A stretch of 63,441 bases of DNA, filler included, from Sphacelaria rigidula (GCA_964200075.2; 9 parts of 9 records of this genome joined end to end with filler, not necessarily neighbours in it); one strand, 5' to 3'; numbered from the whole stretch's first letter, positions 10,006-23,050 are shown. Notes: a model not told the origin generated them from the letters alone. Numbers and translations are program-made.

Positions 10006-13000
10006 GCTCTCACCGTGTTACAAATTTCCGGTCTAGTCTGGTTTACCAGCCACATGAGTGACCCTACCAATTCTCTGAATGGGAACGTCGTGACCTGCTC
10101 ATCCTCATTGAAATTCTCGAGTTTTACACCCGACTAATGCCGAGATAGCCTCCCCACAAAAAGTGCATCGGAGACCGTCCCTCAAACCGGCTGCGATCCC
10201 ACTATTGGGCTTGTTTGCAGCAATCTCGCCCACATGAGAGGCGGGTAGCAGTCCGAAATTAGCTACAACGTCCAAATGAATCGCGTCGTACAGCACGAAA
10301 CCAGCTCTAACGGCATTTATGATCATCGACTCCGTGCACGTTTTTGGCCGGTTCGGGGGGGGGACTATCTCGGCAGTAGTCACCTGCACTCACAGGCGTC
10401 TTATTCCCCAATGATACATTATACTCCTCCGCCAACTCCTCTGCAAACGTCTGTTGCGATACAGCAATGGTCCCCCTTTTCAAGTCTCTCTCGTAATATA
10501 GTCCCGGATAACATCTCAGTTCTCCTAGATTCTTGACTGGAGCTATGGTGTTCAGCTGTTCACCAAATCCATCACAACTTTCCTCATCCCCTACGGCAAA
10601 GATATCATCCACATGTACCACCAATGTTATCACTACTTGGTTGCCCTCCATCAGTCGGAACACACACGAATCCGCCAAGCACTGATCAAAACCTAAATTC
10701 TTAAGGTACCCTGCTAAATGGAGATACCACTGTCTCAAAACCTGTTTGAGGCCATAGAGTGATTTATTGAGTCTCACTACCTTACCAGATTAATTACCAT
10801 AGCCATGAGGCAAACGCAAACAAACATCTGCGTTCAGTACGGACTGCACAAAAGCTTGCTTGATATCAAAATGGCGCTACAAAAGGTTTTGCGCACAAGC
10901 AAGTGCTGTCAACAATCGTACACTCGAAATCGCTACTGTAGGTGCATATAATTCACCAAAGTCAATGTCTGCCCGTTGTCGATCTCCCCTTGCAACTAGT
11001 CTTGGTTTTGCTTTTGTTGGCCACCCAAACTCATCAGCATTCCAGTTGTAAACCCACTTCGCGGGAATAATATTATCTATGGATTGCTATATTACCGCAT
11101 CCATGGTTTCCGCTTCCTTCAGACCTTGAAGCTCTCGCGCCATGGAGTCCTCCCATACTCCTCCCTGTTCCGGACGTGTTGCTTCAGCGTGTGTCTTTGG
11201 TGTGGTCAACTCTTTCACTGGGCGGTGGGGAAGTCTAGGTGGTTCATGCGGCGGACGCTCCTCCTTCATTGCTAGTTTGATGTCCTCGCGCATTGCCATC
11301 GTAGTCGCAGTCCGATATTGCAAACCCTTGCGCCCCCCTGCCTCATCGCCCTGCCGCTTCCTTCCGGCCTCTATTGATGAGCGCGTCAGGTGGGCGGATA
11401 AAAGGGATGGTTTGTCGAGCTGCGCAAAACCATCCCTCTCATGATGAAGAAGTGCAATGCTGTCGTCCCCCTTCCTCTCGGCTGTATGTTGAGCCGTCTC
11501 CGATCGAGTCCTCCCCGGCTGCCGAGGGTCACTTCTCAGGTCAAGTTCCTTCGCCACGCTGTCGGGCAACGGTGATAAAGAGCGGTCTTGTAGATGGTGA
11601 GTTGCTGATGAAGCCTCTGAAATAAATGATGGTGCCGAAGAGCCGTTGAAAATCGGGGGTGAAGTTGCTTGACGGTGCAGCGAATGAGGTTGCTGGGGTG
11701 GTGAAGTCGACCGTATGTCGCGCTGGTTTTGTTTGTGTTGCGTGGCGACGGATGATGGTTGTGCCGACGATGTGGTGGAAGGTGGAAATGAATGATATGC
11801 CGCACGAGTCGGTGTAAATGTCGGTGGTTGCACGGTTGTGCGATATAGTGGCGGTGGCAAAGTATGTTGAGGTTGCGTGGAAATAGGATAATAAGGTCGC
11901 GACGGAAAAAATTGAAAGATCGCGGCGGGACGAGATTGGAAGGTTTATGGTGTCGTCCCAGCGGAGCAGTATAATATGGTTGTGGTGGGATGGGATAGTA
12001 AGTTCGTTGACTAGTACGGTGTGGCGGCGGCGGCAAGTTGGCGGCGGCGGCATGTGATTGCGGGAGTGGGATGGTTTGGTCCCGCGGCGGCGGCGTGTTG
12101 TATGCGGCGGCGGCGAGTTGTGGATGGCGGTGGCGTGTGCGGGATGATGTGATGGTGGGAGAGCATGGTTTGGTGGCGGCGGCAAGTTGGCGGCGGCGGC
12201 GGCGGAAGCATGCGGTCGCGAGGCAGCATGGTTTGGTGGTGGCGGCAAGTTAGCGGCGGCGGCGGGAGCATGTGGTTGCGAGGGAGCATGGTTTGGTGGC
12301 GGCGGCAAGTTGGCGGCGGCGGCGGAAGCTGAAGTCTCAGCGTTGTCGTGTTCCCAGCCCCTTCCGCCCAACGCCGCTGATAGTTGGAGTGGTAGACGGG
12401 GCACTGTCTAGACTACGTTGTTGGTATAACAGACGGAGCTGGTGGGGGCTTTGATTACCTTGACGGTTGAGGATGAATGGTTTCAGCCGTTATTGAGAAA
12501 GTAGCATTTGACAGCTTGCGGATCCATCTTAGAACGTCGTGTGACCCTCATCATCCCACGTTGAAGGAAGAGAACGATCTGAAGGGGAGGGGCACGGCCG
12601 GTGAAAACCTGGTACGGCAGGACCCTTCCCGGGTTAGCCATCGTAGCGGAGCGGTTGAAGCCATCTGCGGCCCAGACCGCGGGCTCCAACCACAGTCTAT
12701 CCAAGGTGCCACCGAGTCCGGGGATGGCCGTGAAATCCTCACCGGGAAAGAGGCGCGAAGCTTCATATCGCGCAGCGTGGCCAGCCTCCATCATGCGCCA
12801 GATTGCGCTCTCGGCCACAGCGTTGTACTTCGGGGTGTCGGGCGCTGTATACTCGCGGCGAATCCGTACCTCGTCACAGAAATCGACGAAGTCTTGCGAA
12901 CGAAACTCACCCCCGTTGTCGATGCGGAAGCACCGAGGAACACCGAACTGGTTGACAGCGGCCATGTATCCCTTCACTTTTTCCAAAGCATGTGCCTTCC

Positions 13001-13125
13001 TCGCCAAATCGCAAAGCATAATGGAACGAGACTTACTACCCACACAGGCGAGCATGTACAGTGACCCGCCTAGTGTCCGCGCATGTGGTCCTGTGAGGTC
13101 GAAGTGGACGATACCGGATGGGGAT
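10006..13125 (-). mobile_element. Ty1/copia pol pseudogene (integrase, Pro-rich linker, RT)
   Basis: Integrase VHFDLTGP..RIDNGGEF..TPKYNAVAES; RT KSLYGLKQ..VVHVDDIF..FRELVGSLMWL. Stops and frameshifts present. ~60-bp tandem PPPPNHA repeats at 12010-12330. Confidence 0.92.
10132..10381. mobile_element. 250-bp TIR element with 4-bp TSD, copy 1
   Basis: TIR GACTAATGCCGAGATAG / CTATCTCGGCAGTAGTC; TSD ACCC/ACCT. Removing it restores the copia RT frame. Confidence 0.85.
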
Positions 13126-14121
13126 TTCTGACAGTAGCAGAGCAATGCTACGGTAGGAGTGCACTTTTTGCGCGAAATTTTGTCTGGTTCAGGGGCTCCT
13201 AACGATTCTAGATGCATAAAACATTGGATCAGGGCTTCCCCGTTTGCAAAGTCGTTCGGGATATCCCTGGCACATTGGAAGTGTAATCCTGGCGTACTCT
13301 CACATATTTGATAAGTTGTGTTTTGGATGAGATGAAGGGCTCCTAAGAATCCTAACCTCAGGAAATATTTGTGCACCCCTACCGTAGCATCACTCAGCAC
13401 GCGAAGACACAGTAGTCGGGGGAGCACTGACAGTATCACACGACGAAGACAAAGCATCCGGGGGGGTTCTGACAGTAGCACGCGAAGACACAGTTATAGG
13501 TGCGCCTGACCCCCCAAAATGAGCCAAAAAAGTGTCACCGACCGAAAGCACGAACAGACCGGAGATCTCGTTCATCCCCTGAGTATGCACGCCGTAAAAT
13601 CCCCCCAAGTACCTGTCATTTGAGTGGGGTTTCCACTTGACGATTTCCCATTTTCGTTGTCCCGGGCTACAAACCACGGCGTACCTAGGCTACTCACTAG
13701 CGTGTATGTGTCCAAGCTACAATCTGGAAAGATTGTAGAACCAAAGGAGTTATGATGATCGAGAAAATCGCAAAAAACCCATGTTTTTTTTTCACTTAAT
13801 TTGTTATAAAACTTGAATCCCGATGAGATGAAAAAAAATGTTCACCGAGTTTTCAGCTGCCGTCTTGGCGCAGATGATGCAAAAAATTGCATCCCAATCG
13901 ATGGCCTTGACGATGAGTAATTGGGGCAACCGTTTGGGCTACGGGCGCAATCGAGCACCTCCAACCCTCGCCGGTTTTCACGACATGCGAACACGTCACC
14001 CCTGTCCGACGGCCTCAGAATNNNNNNNNNNNNNNNNNNNNNNNNNNNNNNNNNNNNNNNNNNNNTTAATTAATTAANNNNNNNNNNNNNNNNNNNNNNN
14101 NNNNNNNNNNNNNNNNNNNNN

Positions 14122-14300
14122 ACATACATACCTACATACATGCATACATACATACATACATACATGCAGACATACATACATGCAGACATACATACATACA
14201 TACATGCATACATGCATACATGCATACATACATACATACATGCATACATGCATACATGCATACATGCATACATGCATACATACATGCATACATGCATATG
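14122..14300. repeat. (CATA/CATG)n microsatellite; also (CAA)n 15273-15319, (CATA)n 42362-42436, (TAA)n 53546-53643
   Basis: Read directly from the sequence. Confidence 0.95.
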
Positions 14301-14356
14301 TATACCACATACATGCGAATGCACATCAACTGGGTGACGTCGTATCGCACGCCTAT

Positions 14357-14588
14357 TACTCATCCTACGATAGGGGGGGGGGGAGGGGTATTTTGGGCCA
14401 CATCTTGCACGAAATTCCAAGGCAAATCGTCCTTGGAAGCAACAACCGTTGTTCGAACGAGCTTGATACTGTTTGACACCGTTCTTAACCAAATACAAGC
14501 GCACCGCGAGTGTGGCAGGTCGTCTGACACACCTATGTACCTCTTTTATTGTGCAATCAAATACCCCCCCCCTATCGTAGGATGACTC
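14357..14588. mobile_element. ~230-bp MITE (second copy 33309-33561)
   Basis: TIR ..CATCCTACGATAGG / CCTATCGTAGGATG.., with a 4-bp direct repeat CTAT flanking this copy. The interior aligns with 33320-33550. Confidence 0.8.
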
Positions 14589-14732
14589 CTATATAGGAAA
14601 ATCTCCTTGGGGTTTGTGCACATCAAACACCCCCTTATGACAGGATAAACGGTTACAACAGGTGCAACACGGGAGTAGTGAAAACGAGCTACTGTAGGGC
14701 TTACACAACAAACCAGAGTATCATGAGGATAA

Positions 14733-14792
14733 TGACCATGGCTGGATGGATAATGACCCTGAGGGGTCAGTTGAAGTGCGACAACAAATCAA
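14733..14792 (+). mobile_element. 3' end of a LINE/SINE family with (AATC)n tail (also 42441-42495, 46487-46595, 48005-48120, 48700-48805 minus, 48875-48945, 53359-53490 minus)
   Basis: Shared TGACCAyGGCTGG...GGGGTCAGTTrAAGTGCGACAATCAATC, with variable 5' truncation and a tetranucleotide tail. Confidence 0.75.
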
Positions 14793-15271
14793 AAAGCAAA
14801 GTGCCGTGGATGGGGAGGGGTTGGTAAATGTTACGGTAGAATTCGTGCGAGCAAATAACGTGTGTGTGTGTGTGTGTGTAACCCCCCCCCGCTCCTCCTG
14901 TATCGCATGGACACTCGTGTCCCCTTTCGGAGGCAAGGAAGCCTTTGACAATCCACACAGAGAAACAAAATATACAGCAGACAGGTGCGTTTTTGGTTCG
15001 TCCGCGTTATTCTTCGCTCGAGACGGGGGAAGGCTAGGCGAACTCTGTGACACTTCGGCCTGAACGACTCTACTCTTGAAGACGGTCCGGGGGACCGCCA
15101 CTTTTGCGTCCTATGATCTCTGGCCGCACTTTGTGTCTGGCCGAACCGAACATTTTTTCACGGGGCAGACGGTCCAATTCGAGAGCAGAAAAAAAAAAAC
15201 GGATTTGTTTTTGGTACATGTCTCTGCGCCTGGCGTTTTTTTTTTTTTGGGTGGGGGTCACTTGTTATGAG

Positions 15272-15319
<48 letters not shown>

Positions 15320-15871
15320 AATCCTGTAAAAACTGTCTTTTTTGGTCCTTCTGTGTCGTTATACGCCCTGAAAGAGCACTAGCTGACAACTGATAGGCGG
15401 ATTTTGACACCTTGGAATGACTTGCTCTACACGCACTCGTTTTTAGACGGCTCCAGGACACATTTGCGTGTAGTATCGAGGCCAAACTTACATCTTTGCA
15501 CACCTTGTGTGTGTTGTTTTGTCGTACCATTTATTCTGGACGCCGGTTTACATCTTTCGGTATATGTGGGCGCACCAGCCGGGGTCACACAGGAGGAAGG
15601 CCAACACAGGAGGTTTTCCTTCTTCATTTGTTCAGTGGTAGCCCTCCATCTTCCTTCCTCCTGCGGTGCTTGCCTTTAATTTTTATCGCGAGAGGGGTTC
15701 AGCAGTCCCTTCCCGTCGTCGACCGTTCAGTCGAATACTCTGGACAATAATAAAATGCACTGTCAAAACGTGTAATGTGTACAGCATCGACTATTGCGCA
15801 CATTGCAGCAGACAATAGATTCCATACTGCGCACAGTACATTGTCTTACAATATAATATATCGTTATTATC

Positions 15872-16178
15872 CAGGGTGTGCATCTTTCTCAAAGAACGGC
15901 CAAGAACTGTCGGGTAAGGGTATGAAGGTTGCACAGAAAACCGTACCCGTAATCGGGTATCTTATCAATAGCGTACCCGTGCCCCCCGGGAACGGTACGG
16001 GGGTCTTGAAGAAATTACATAAATATCGGGTAAAGGCATGAGAGTCTTACAGAGATTGCAGAACTGTCGTGTACCGGTATAAAAAACTTTCAGGAGTCAC
16101 AGAACTGTCGGGTACGGTAAATACCCGGGAAAATACCCCGGGTATACAGAAAACCGTACCCTATAGAACATGACCTCG
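15872..16178. mobile_element. MITE family with ACAGAACTGTCGGGTA subrepeats (also 44375-44953, 45607-46180)
   Basis: The fullest copy has TIRs CAAGGTTGTGTTCTGTAGGGTACGG / CCGTACCCTACAAAACAC..CCTTG. Three copies in two fragments. Confidence 0.8.
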
Positions 16179-16477
16179 GAAACTCGACTGTTCTTGGACA
16201 GATTTGCAATAGTGGCGCTTCAAAAAACACTGCGGTCACCGGAAAACGCAAAGGTGTGTCCTTGAACCGTCTCAACGAGTATAGCAAATCATTCCAAGCC
16301 AAGGTGTCAACATCCGCTTAGTCCTCTTTTAGGCCACTTTTCATGTGAAAAAAAAAAAACATGATTGAAAAAAGGCGTTTTGCAATAACATGTTTTCCAA
16401 CATTTTTTTCTTAGCACCCCTTCTCATGTAATCGACGTTATCAAAGTCGGAAAAGCAGCGTTGATCGTTTTCTTTGA

Positions 16478-17277
16478 CCCTTAGACGGCGAGCCTCCGCT
16501 GGTAGACTGAGGTAGACACTCCACTTTTTGGGTTCAGAATCATTCCTTTGTCACAACTCAAAACGCATACTCTACGGCGGAAGGGACCGGGTGTTCATCA
16601 GAGGTACATAGTTGTGAGAGTTATAACACAAACGGTGGTGTGGTTGTCGACCACCTGATTATTACGCCTCATATTTTTTCTGTGCAGTCCGTAGTGTATC
16701 GTGCCGCGGCTGCACGTGCGGTCTGCAGCGTACTGGATCTTACAGTGTTGAACGCGCCGAGTGTACCCAGCGTGCGTTTAGATATCGCACCATGACTATA
16801 CTGCCGCGAACGCCCCTGACTACCGTAGAGCAATTGCTCGGCGATGGCGGTCGCCTCACCGTCGAAGTACTTGTCTACATCCACGCGCGTAGGATACTCG
16901 TGGCCGCCGCTCGCGTGTTGCGCCATGACGTCTGATACCAGATGGAGGTGTGGAGCTAAAAGGACGCTCAGGCAGTACTGAACAGACAGACACAGTGTAC
17001 CGAAGAAGCTCAAACACCTCCTTTTTGGTTACATAATATATGGTTGATTTGGCATGATCAAAATGAGATTTGAGGGTACACGGCGAATGTGTCTACCAGC
17101 TGTCTACCTCTACCGGAACAAAAGTGCTCATTCTGGCGACCGTGATTGGACAGCATGGTCATTCCGCGTCACTCGGGCCTCGTGCACGGCTCATAATTTT
17201 CCGCGAGAAACTTCCAAACACACATGGTTGACTCCGTGAGCTTCTCCGATGCTCCGCGGAGAGACACCCGCCCCTCC

Positions 17278-17320
<43 letters not shown>

Positions 17321-17371
17321 GGGACTATCAGCCTGTATAACTGTTCCGAGGCGACGCTCGTCGTCTAAGGG
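16478..17371. mobile_element. Non-autonomous piggyBac-like element, copy 2
   Basis: CCCTTAGACGGCGAGC...GCTCGTCGTCTAAGGG, flanked by TTGA and TTAA. Confidence 0.85.
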
Positions 17372-17712
17372 TTAAGCCTTGCCGGCATAATTTTCAAATT
17401 GTGGGGCGTGCGAGAGAGACACAACACTCTGCTGTTCTGTCGTGGTGCACGGTCCGTACTGTCTGTACTATTGTGATATATTGACCGAGCAACACATGGT
17501 GAGCTACATGACGCAAGACTACTAGCAAGCACACCGTCTTGCTGTACTCACTGGCTGGAGAACTGACGGTTGTGCTTTTTTGCCGCATGGGAGTGCTTTC
17601 ACTGTACGGAAAGCACGGGAAACAGTACAGACAGTGCTGTATGGCATGTATTGACTGCAGTACTACAGTAGTAGTACTACGAGCTGGGCCGCCCAAGAAG
17701 CCACCAGTGATG

Positions 17713-18345
17713 TTGAAACGCATATCCTTCGCTCAATTTTTTTATCGTTTTCGATGAAATTTTGGCATGATGTACAGGACGTATGTGCAAGTACCGAACC
17801 TTCCTCCTATGTTTTTTTGTTTTTTTCTTCATGAGTTATTGGCAATTTTGTTCCGAGAAAAATTGCTCTCAAAATTTGCGTCGTCGATAACTCACGTAGG
17901 AAAAAAAAAAAGCATGGGAGGAATGTTCGGTATTCGCGCATACGTCCTGTACATCGTGTCAAAATTTAATCGAAAACGATAGAAAATTAAGCGAAGAATA
18001 TGTGTCAATCCGTCGACAACCGGTTACTATGGTGTATTGAGGTGGACCAGTTATGAATAACTCAAACGCATTTATGCTGTTCAGGTCCAAGCTGCTTTCG
18101 ATGAAATTTTGACAAGGTGTACAGGACGTGTGTGCGAATACCGAACATTTTTTCCTATGTTTTTTTTTCTTCTTCGTGAGTTATTGGAAATTTTGTTCCG
18201 GAAAAAAAAAATCTGAAATGTTCCGTTGCCAATAACTCACGAGGAAGAGAAAGAAAAACACGGGAGGAATGAAGGGGTGTTTGCACAGACGTCCTGTACA
18301 TTATGTGAAAAATTAATCGAAAACGACTAATTATTGAGCTCGGGA
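17713..18345. mobile_element. Two adjacent foldback MITEs of one family (17713-18008; ~18095-18345)
   Basis: Arms TTTCGATGAAATTTT..TGTACAGGACGT / ACGTCCTGTACA..AATCGAAAACGA. Confidence 0.75.
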
Positions 18346-19045
18346 ATTGTGCTACATACAGCTTGTGCGGCACCACGCGGCTCAAAACTGACTGTAACCG
18401 AAAATCCAATCTCAGCCGTTTTCTTTTGGCTAATTCCGCCGCACGTAGTACCCTCAACTCTACACACTTTCGCACTTGACTACAGTTTGGTATTTCGTTG
18501 AATGAGATCTTGTCGGATCCCAGTGCTACATGGGTTTAAGACGCGCGCTGATTCGTCGATTTCCCACCATGTGTCATAGTAGGCACGACTCGCGATACAT
18601 CGTCAGTTAGAACAAGCTGAAGGAAATTGAGCTTCTTAAGCGGCCCAGCCTGTACGTGTAGTTTTTGTGTGTGCAGGATGGTCCCGTCTCTACAAGACTT
18701 GGGTGCATGGACAGCCTGTACCCATTACGACTGTTGTTGGCAGCACGTTGCATGTACAGACCTGAACTGCGCTACAAATAAATACTACACGTGCGTGATG
18801 CCGCGATAGCCTCTGACCCCAGCCCCAACACTAACCCTAACCCTAACCATAGGGGTGTTCAAATTCCGATGCGGTCCCCTAAGCACGCGGTCCTCTAACG
18901 TATTACAACATGCTTCGCTGGTGACGCAAATTTGTCTTCATGCATGACCAGCGAAAATGCAGCAGAATCTACAGCAGTAACCTGCAGCATGATTTGTTGT
19001 AGGATACTTCTGCACAGCGCTGAAGTGGATTTTGTTTGGGTTCTT

Positions 19046-19081
<36 letters not shown>

Positions 19082-19432
19082 CACACACATGCATCATTTC
19101 ACATTTTTCACCACTTTTGCCGGAAAATAGGTGGTTTGAGGAGGCAGAAAATACATGTAAACCAACATGACAAAAGACGAGCTCATCGAGCAGCTGGGAA
19201 ATCCCATGCTTGAGATCGTTTTCGCCAATGTCGCCCATACGACGACTTCATGAAGTCTGAAACCAGCTATCATGCGCTGTATGACCATTTTGTTGTAACC
19301 ATTTTGGGCTGTCGCGGCATCACCCGCGTACAGACTACATACAGATTGTAAGTCGCTATCGACCCCGCCCTGTGCTGTTCTCACGTTACCGGCGGGCGAA
19401 GGGGGGGGGACGTAACGCGTTGAATGCCCGCG

Positions 19433-19465
<33 letters not shown>

Positions 19466-20019
19466 GATGGCAGCCAAACCAGCATGGGTGCTGTTGTGGG
19501 GTGTAAGGGGTGACGGGTATAGGGTTGATGGGCGGCGGGAGTTCAAACGCTTTTTCAATGGCTTTTTTCGATCGCTCACTCAAAGCTATCAGAAAAAAAT
19601 GTGATTTTCCGATAGTTTTGGGCGATTGAAAAAAAGTTATCAGAAACAAAAACTGATATATATATATATATATAAACTCTGGATCGCATAAGAACAGGAT
19701 TTTTCGGTCGACTATCAGAAAATGGCCCTTTCTTTATGATGGTTCTGTGATACATGAGAAGTTCTGGCCGTAGGGGGTCAAACGACGAAAAGGACCAATA
19801 AAGGCAGTTTACAGATTTCTTCCCCCCTTGTTTGAGGAGCCATTCCGAGGACGCAGAATCTGCCCACAGCAGCCCTTCTGCTTGGGGGCGAGCGACGTTG
19901 TGGAAGGTATGTTACATACGAAGTAGGTTACAACAGAAAGACACCGTCACGAGAGGTTTTGCTTGGCAAGAAGCGGGGGCAAAGTAGCTTGTCTATTCAG
20001 CCCCCCCCCGCCACACACC

Positions 20020-21000
20020 TCCCCAGGTGTATCCTGATGAACGTGATTGTACCAAAGCTGGAATATGCAGAAGAAGTATGGAAGGGGAACGCGAAGTTTG
20101 TGAAGAAGTTGGGAACAGTACAGGTGGCGGCAGCTGAGAAAATAGTTGGATGCTCGAAAACGACGAGTAATACAGCATTGAGAGCAGAGATGGGCATGCA
20201 CCCACGTAAAACAAGCAGAGGCATGAGAGCATAAAGAACATGCTGAGAAAGAGATTGCCAGCCAACGTTGATAGAGCTGTATGGAAGAAAATGACGAAAG
20301 GGCAGACTGGAAAAAGGTGGGATAGAGATGTCGAGAAATTATAGAAGGGGAGAGGAGGAAGCCAGGACAAAACGCTGTTCATAGGCGAAGGTGCGGGGTA
20401 CAGGACGAAAATAAGATGCATGACAAAAATAAGGGGAAAAGAAACGCTCAGTCGCAGACTACAATAGACGAGGAAGAACACCTGGAGATATACGGGGGGT
20501 TGAGCGAGGGGATAGGGATGAAAGCATATCTACATGGCCCAATGGACGCGGCGATAAAAATGAAACTGTGATTTCAGGTGAAGGACTTGGACCTGCCAGA
20601 AAGAAGAAAGAGATACATCAGTCGTCGAGAGAAGGAGGAAACAAATGCACAGAATTGCCCCCGTGGTAACGCAATAGAGAGCAGAATTCATACAGCGGCA
20701 GAATATGAACTATACAAGGAGGAACGGGACGTACTAGAGGGGAAAATGCGGGACGTCAACGAAGGTGGCATGGAATCGTTTGATGCATTAGACAGTAGGG
20801 AGAAAACGATGGCTACGATAGGAGATAGATGGTGGCCACAGACAACGAAACAGGAGGGGGATAAGATATGTAAAAGGTTTTTGTGTCAGGTATGGAAAAA
20901 ACGTAATGAGCACCGAAACGTTGGAGGTGTCTCTGTTAGGAGTAGGAACGGTGCTCCGTCTCGAAAGGGATGCGCGGTCACACGACTAAGGCAAGCAACA
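20020..21000 (+). mobile_element. 5'-truncated, decayed non-LTR retrotransposon (LINE ORF2 C-terminal part)
   Basis: PKLEYAEEVW..VQVAAAEKIVGCSKTTSNTALRAEMG (post-RT region), and a degenerate C-terminal CCHC-type finger NCPRGNAIESRIHTAAEYELYKEER. Confidence 0.8.
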
Positions 21001-21651
21001 AATGAGTACGCCCCCCCGACCGACCAAGCCATAACCAGCCAACACAGACTACCCTGCAACACAGAGCACTCGCTCCAACACNNNNNNNNNNNNNNNNNNN
21101 NNNNNNNNNNNNNNNNNNNNNNNNNTTAATTAATTAANNNNNNNNNNNNNNNNNNNNNNNNNNNNNNNNNNNNNNNNNNNNGATGGCATTCCATGTTTTC
21201 ATGGTTGATTACATGACACTCTGAACAGATTATGGTTTTTGCTGATTGCGCTATGCCGTGTGTAGGCTAGACACGCCCTGTCTGTTGTGTTTCCATGACG
21301 ATGCTACTTGACCAGAACCCGAGGGAGGGCCTAGTTCCTCGCTTCCCCCCCTCGTTGCCATCAGGTTGGTTCTTTTTGTTCTTCTAGTCTTTTTTTCATC
21401 TTCCTATCTAGCGTTGTTCAGTCTCCGGTGCGCAGACTCTGTAGAGCATCTCTTTGAACAGCACTCCAGGCGGTAGATCTATTTTGGGATTGGTCTCTGT
21501 TGTATGCGACAGTTTCGATTATCGGCTCACTCGCTGTTACTACCTTGCGAATATGTTGCTTATCCAACACAAGTACAACCGGGGTTCGATCCCTCCGAGG
21601 ACCATCTTGACGCCATTTTCTGCAGATGCAAACCAATCAACAGATGAAGAA

Positions 21652-22185
21652 CACTACTGTTGTTGTAGTGCAACGCGCTTCAAAACTTCGAGCCGTTTCT
21701 TTTGAATTCAAAAGCCGTGGCAGCTCTAGTTTGAATATCCTTTCTGACGGTCCCACACGGGCGCTGATAAAGCGACGGAAAGCACTAGCACCCTCCCCTG
21801 AGATGGGATTCGCAACAACTGTGGGTGCATTTGGTGAACATCGCTCGAAATGAAATATGTAGAACAGCATTAAGGGGTATCGTAAGTACATGCTCCCCTG
21901 TTCAAAACCGAAATTTTCTTCCTCCACTACTTGACACCTGTTGAAAAATGAACGACTGCTTTCCAAGAGCACAACCCGTTATTTCCGGACTTCCCCTGGA
22001 GTCTAACTCCAACACTGAGATTGTCGCAAATTCCATCTGGGGATAACGATGCCAGCGCTTTTCGTCGCTTTATCAGCGCCCGTTTGGGACCGTCAGAAAG
22101 GATATTCAAACTAGGGCTGCCACGGCTTTTGAATTCAAAAGAAACGGCTCGAAGTTTTGAAGCGCGTTGCACTACAACAGTAGTG
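21652..22185. mobile_element. 534-bp foldback element with ~170-bp TIRs beginning CACTA
   Basis: CACTACTGTTG..GCAACGCGCTTCAAAACTTCGAG.. is mirrored at 22021-22185. A 3-bp TSD is not evident. Confidence 0.8.
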
Positions 22186-23050
22186 TTGTTCAACAGCTCC
22201 ACCGCGAAACCGGTTCTCAAGACAGCCACGGCGGAGGTGACCATACAAGGCGTGACAGCTGGTTCAGACTAGATGAAGCGCCTCGCATGGGCACTACTGG
22301 CGAAACAACCCCAGGCGTCGGACTATCCCTTACCCCCGTTGTGTGTGTCTGCAGCTTCATCGTGGGGCACCCATTTGATCTAACTGACCACTGTACTGTG
22401 GTGGTACTGTGCTGTGGTGATGGAATTTCTCAGCAGACTGCTGAATGACGCTGCGTTTCGAAGATCGTTGGCGTCTGCCGTCACATTGGATCGTTTAGCT
22501 GACGGCAGTCGTCGCCGGCGCAACAGTATGAAATCTCTCTCAAATACACAACAAGAGGCGCTGGAAAACTCGATGACGAGTCCAATGAAGGATGTTTTCA
22601 GCATGCTTTGTTACGTGTTCCGCAGCGCTTAGACGCAAGGGTTGCTCGATGGATGCGGCACAATGAATTAGGGCGGCTTTTCGGTTGGACTGCACACCAT
22701 CATGCTTTCGCTCCAGTTCAGAAACTTCTGAACTAGGGGCACATGGACGAAACCGGTTGCGACTCCCGAGTCTTTTGAACAAAGTGAATGGAATTCCGAT
22801 GGTCTGTTAAACCTCATAAAAATGTTGAACCTCAATAATAACGATTCCAGGCTGTTAATCGGAGAAAAAGTCGAGGATACATACCCGAAAGTATGGTACA
22901 CATCACCAGTCGTCAGGAAGAAGACACATGTTCCCGCCTGTAAGCCGGCGAACCGCTTGGGGCATCAGAGGGATAGGAATTATAACCCTCGGGTAGAAAC
23001 GGGAGTCCAACAGTCTAACCAGCAGCTGTCGAACCCCGTTGTACTTTTGT

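Noticed and set aside
11087..12404. Pro/His-rich ORFs as host proteins
   Set aside because: They lie between integrase and RT of the copia element and form its linker region.
14070..14585. ORFs with MYVC/HTYI repeats, and poly-I/poly-Y ORFs at 53347-53840
   Set aside because: These are translations of microsatellites.
19150..19400. Possible hAT dimerisation-domain remnant (also 29980-30120)
   Set aside because: The motif match needs several assumed frameshifts and cannot be supported by eye.
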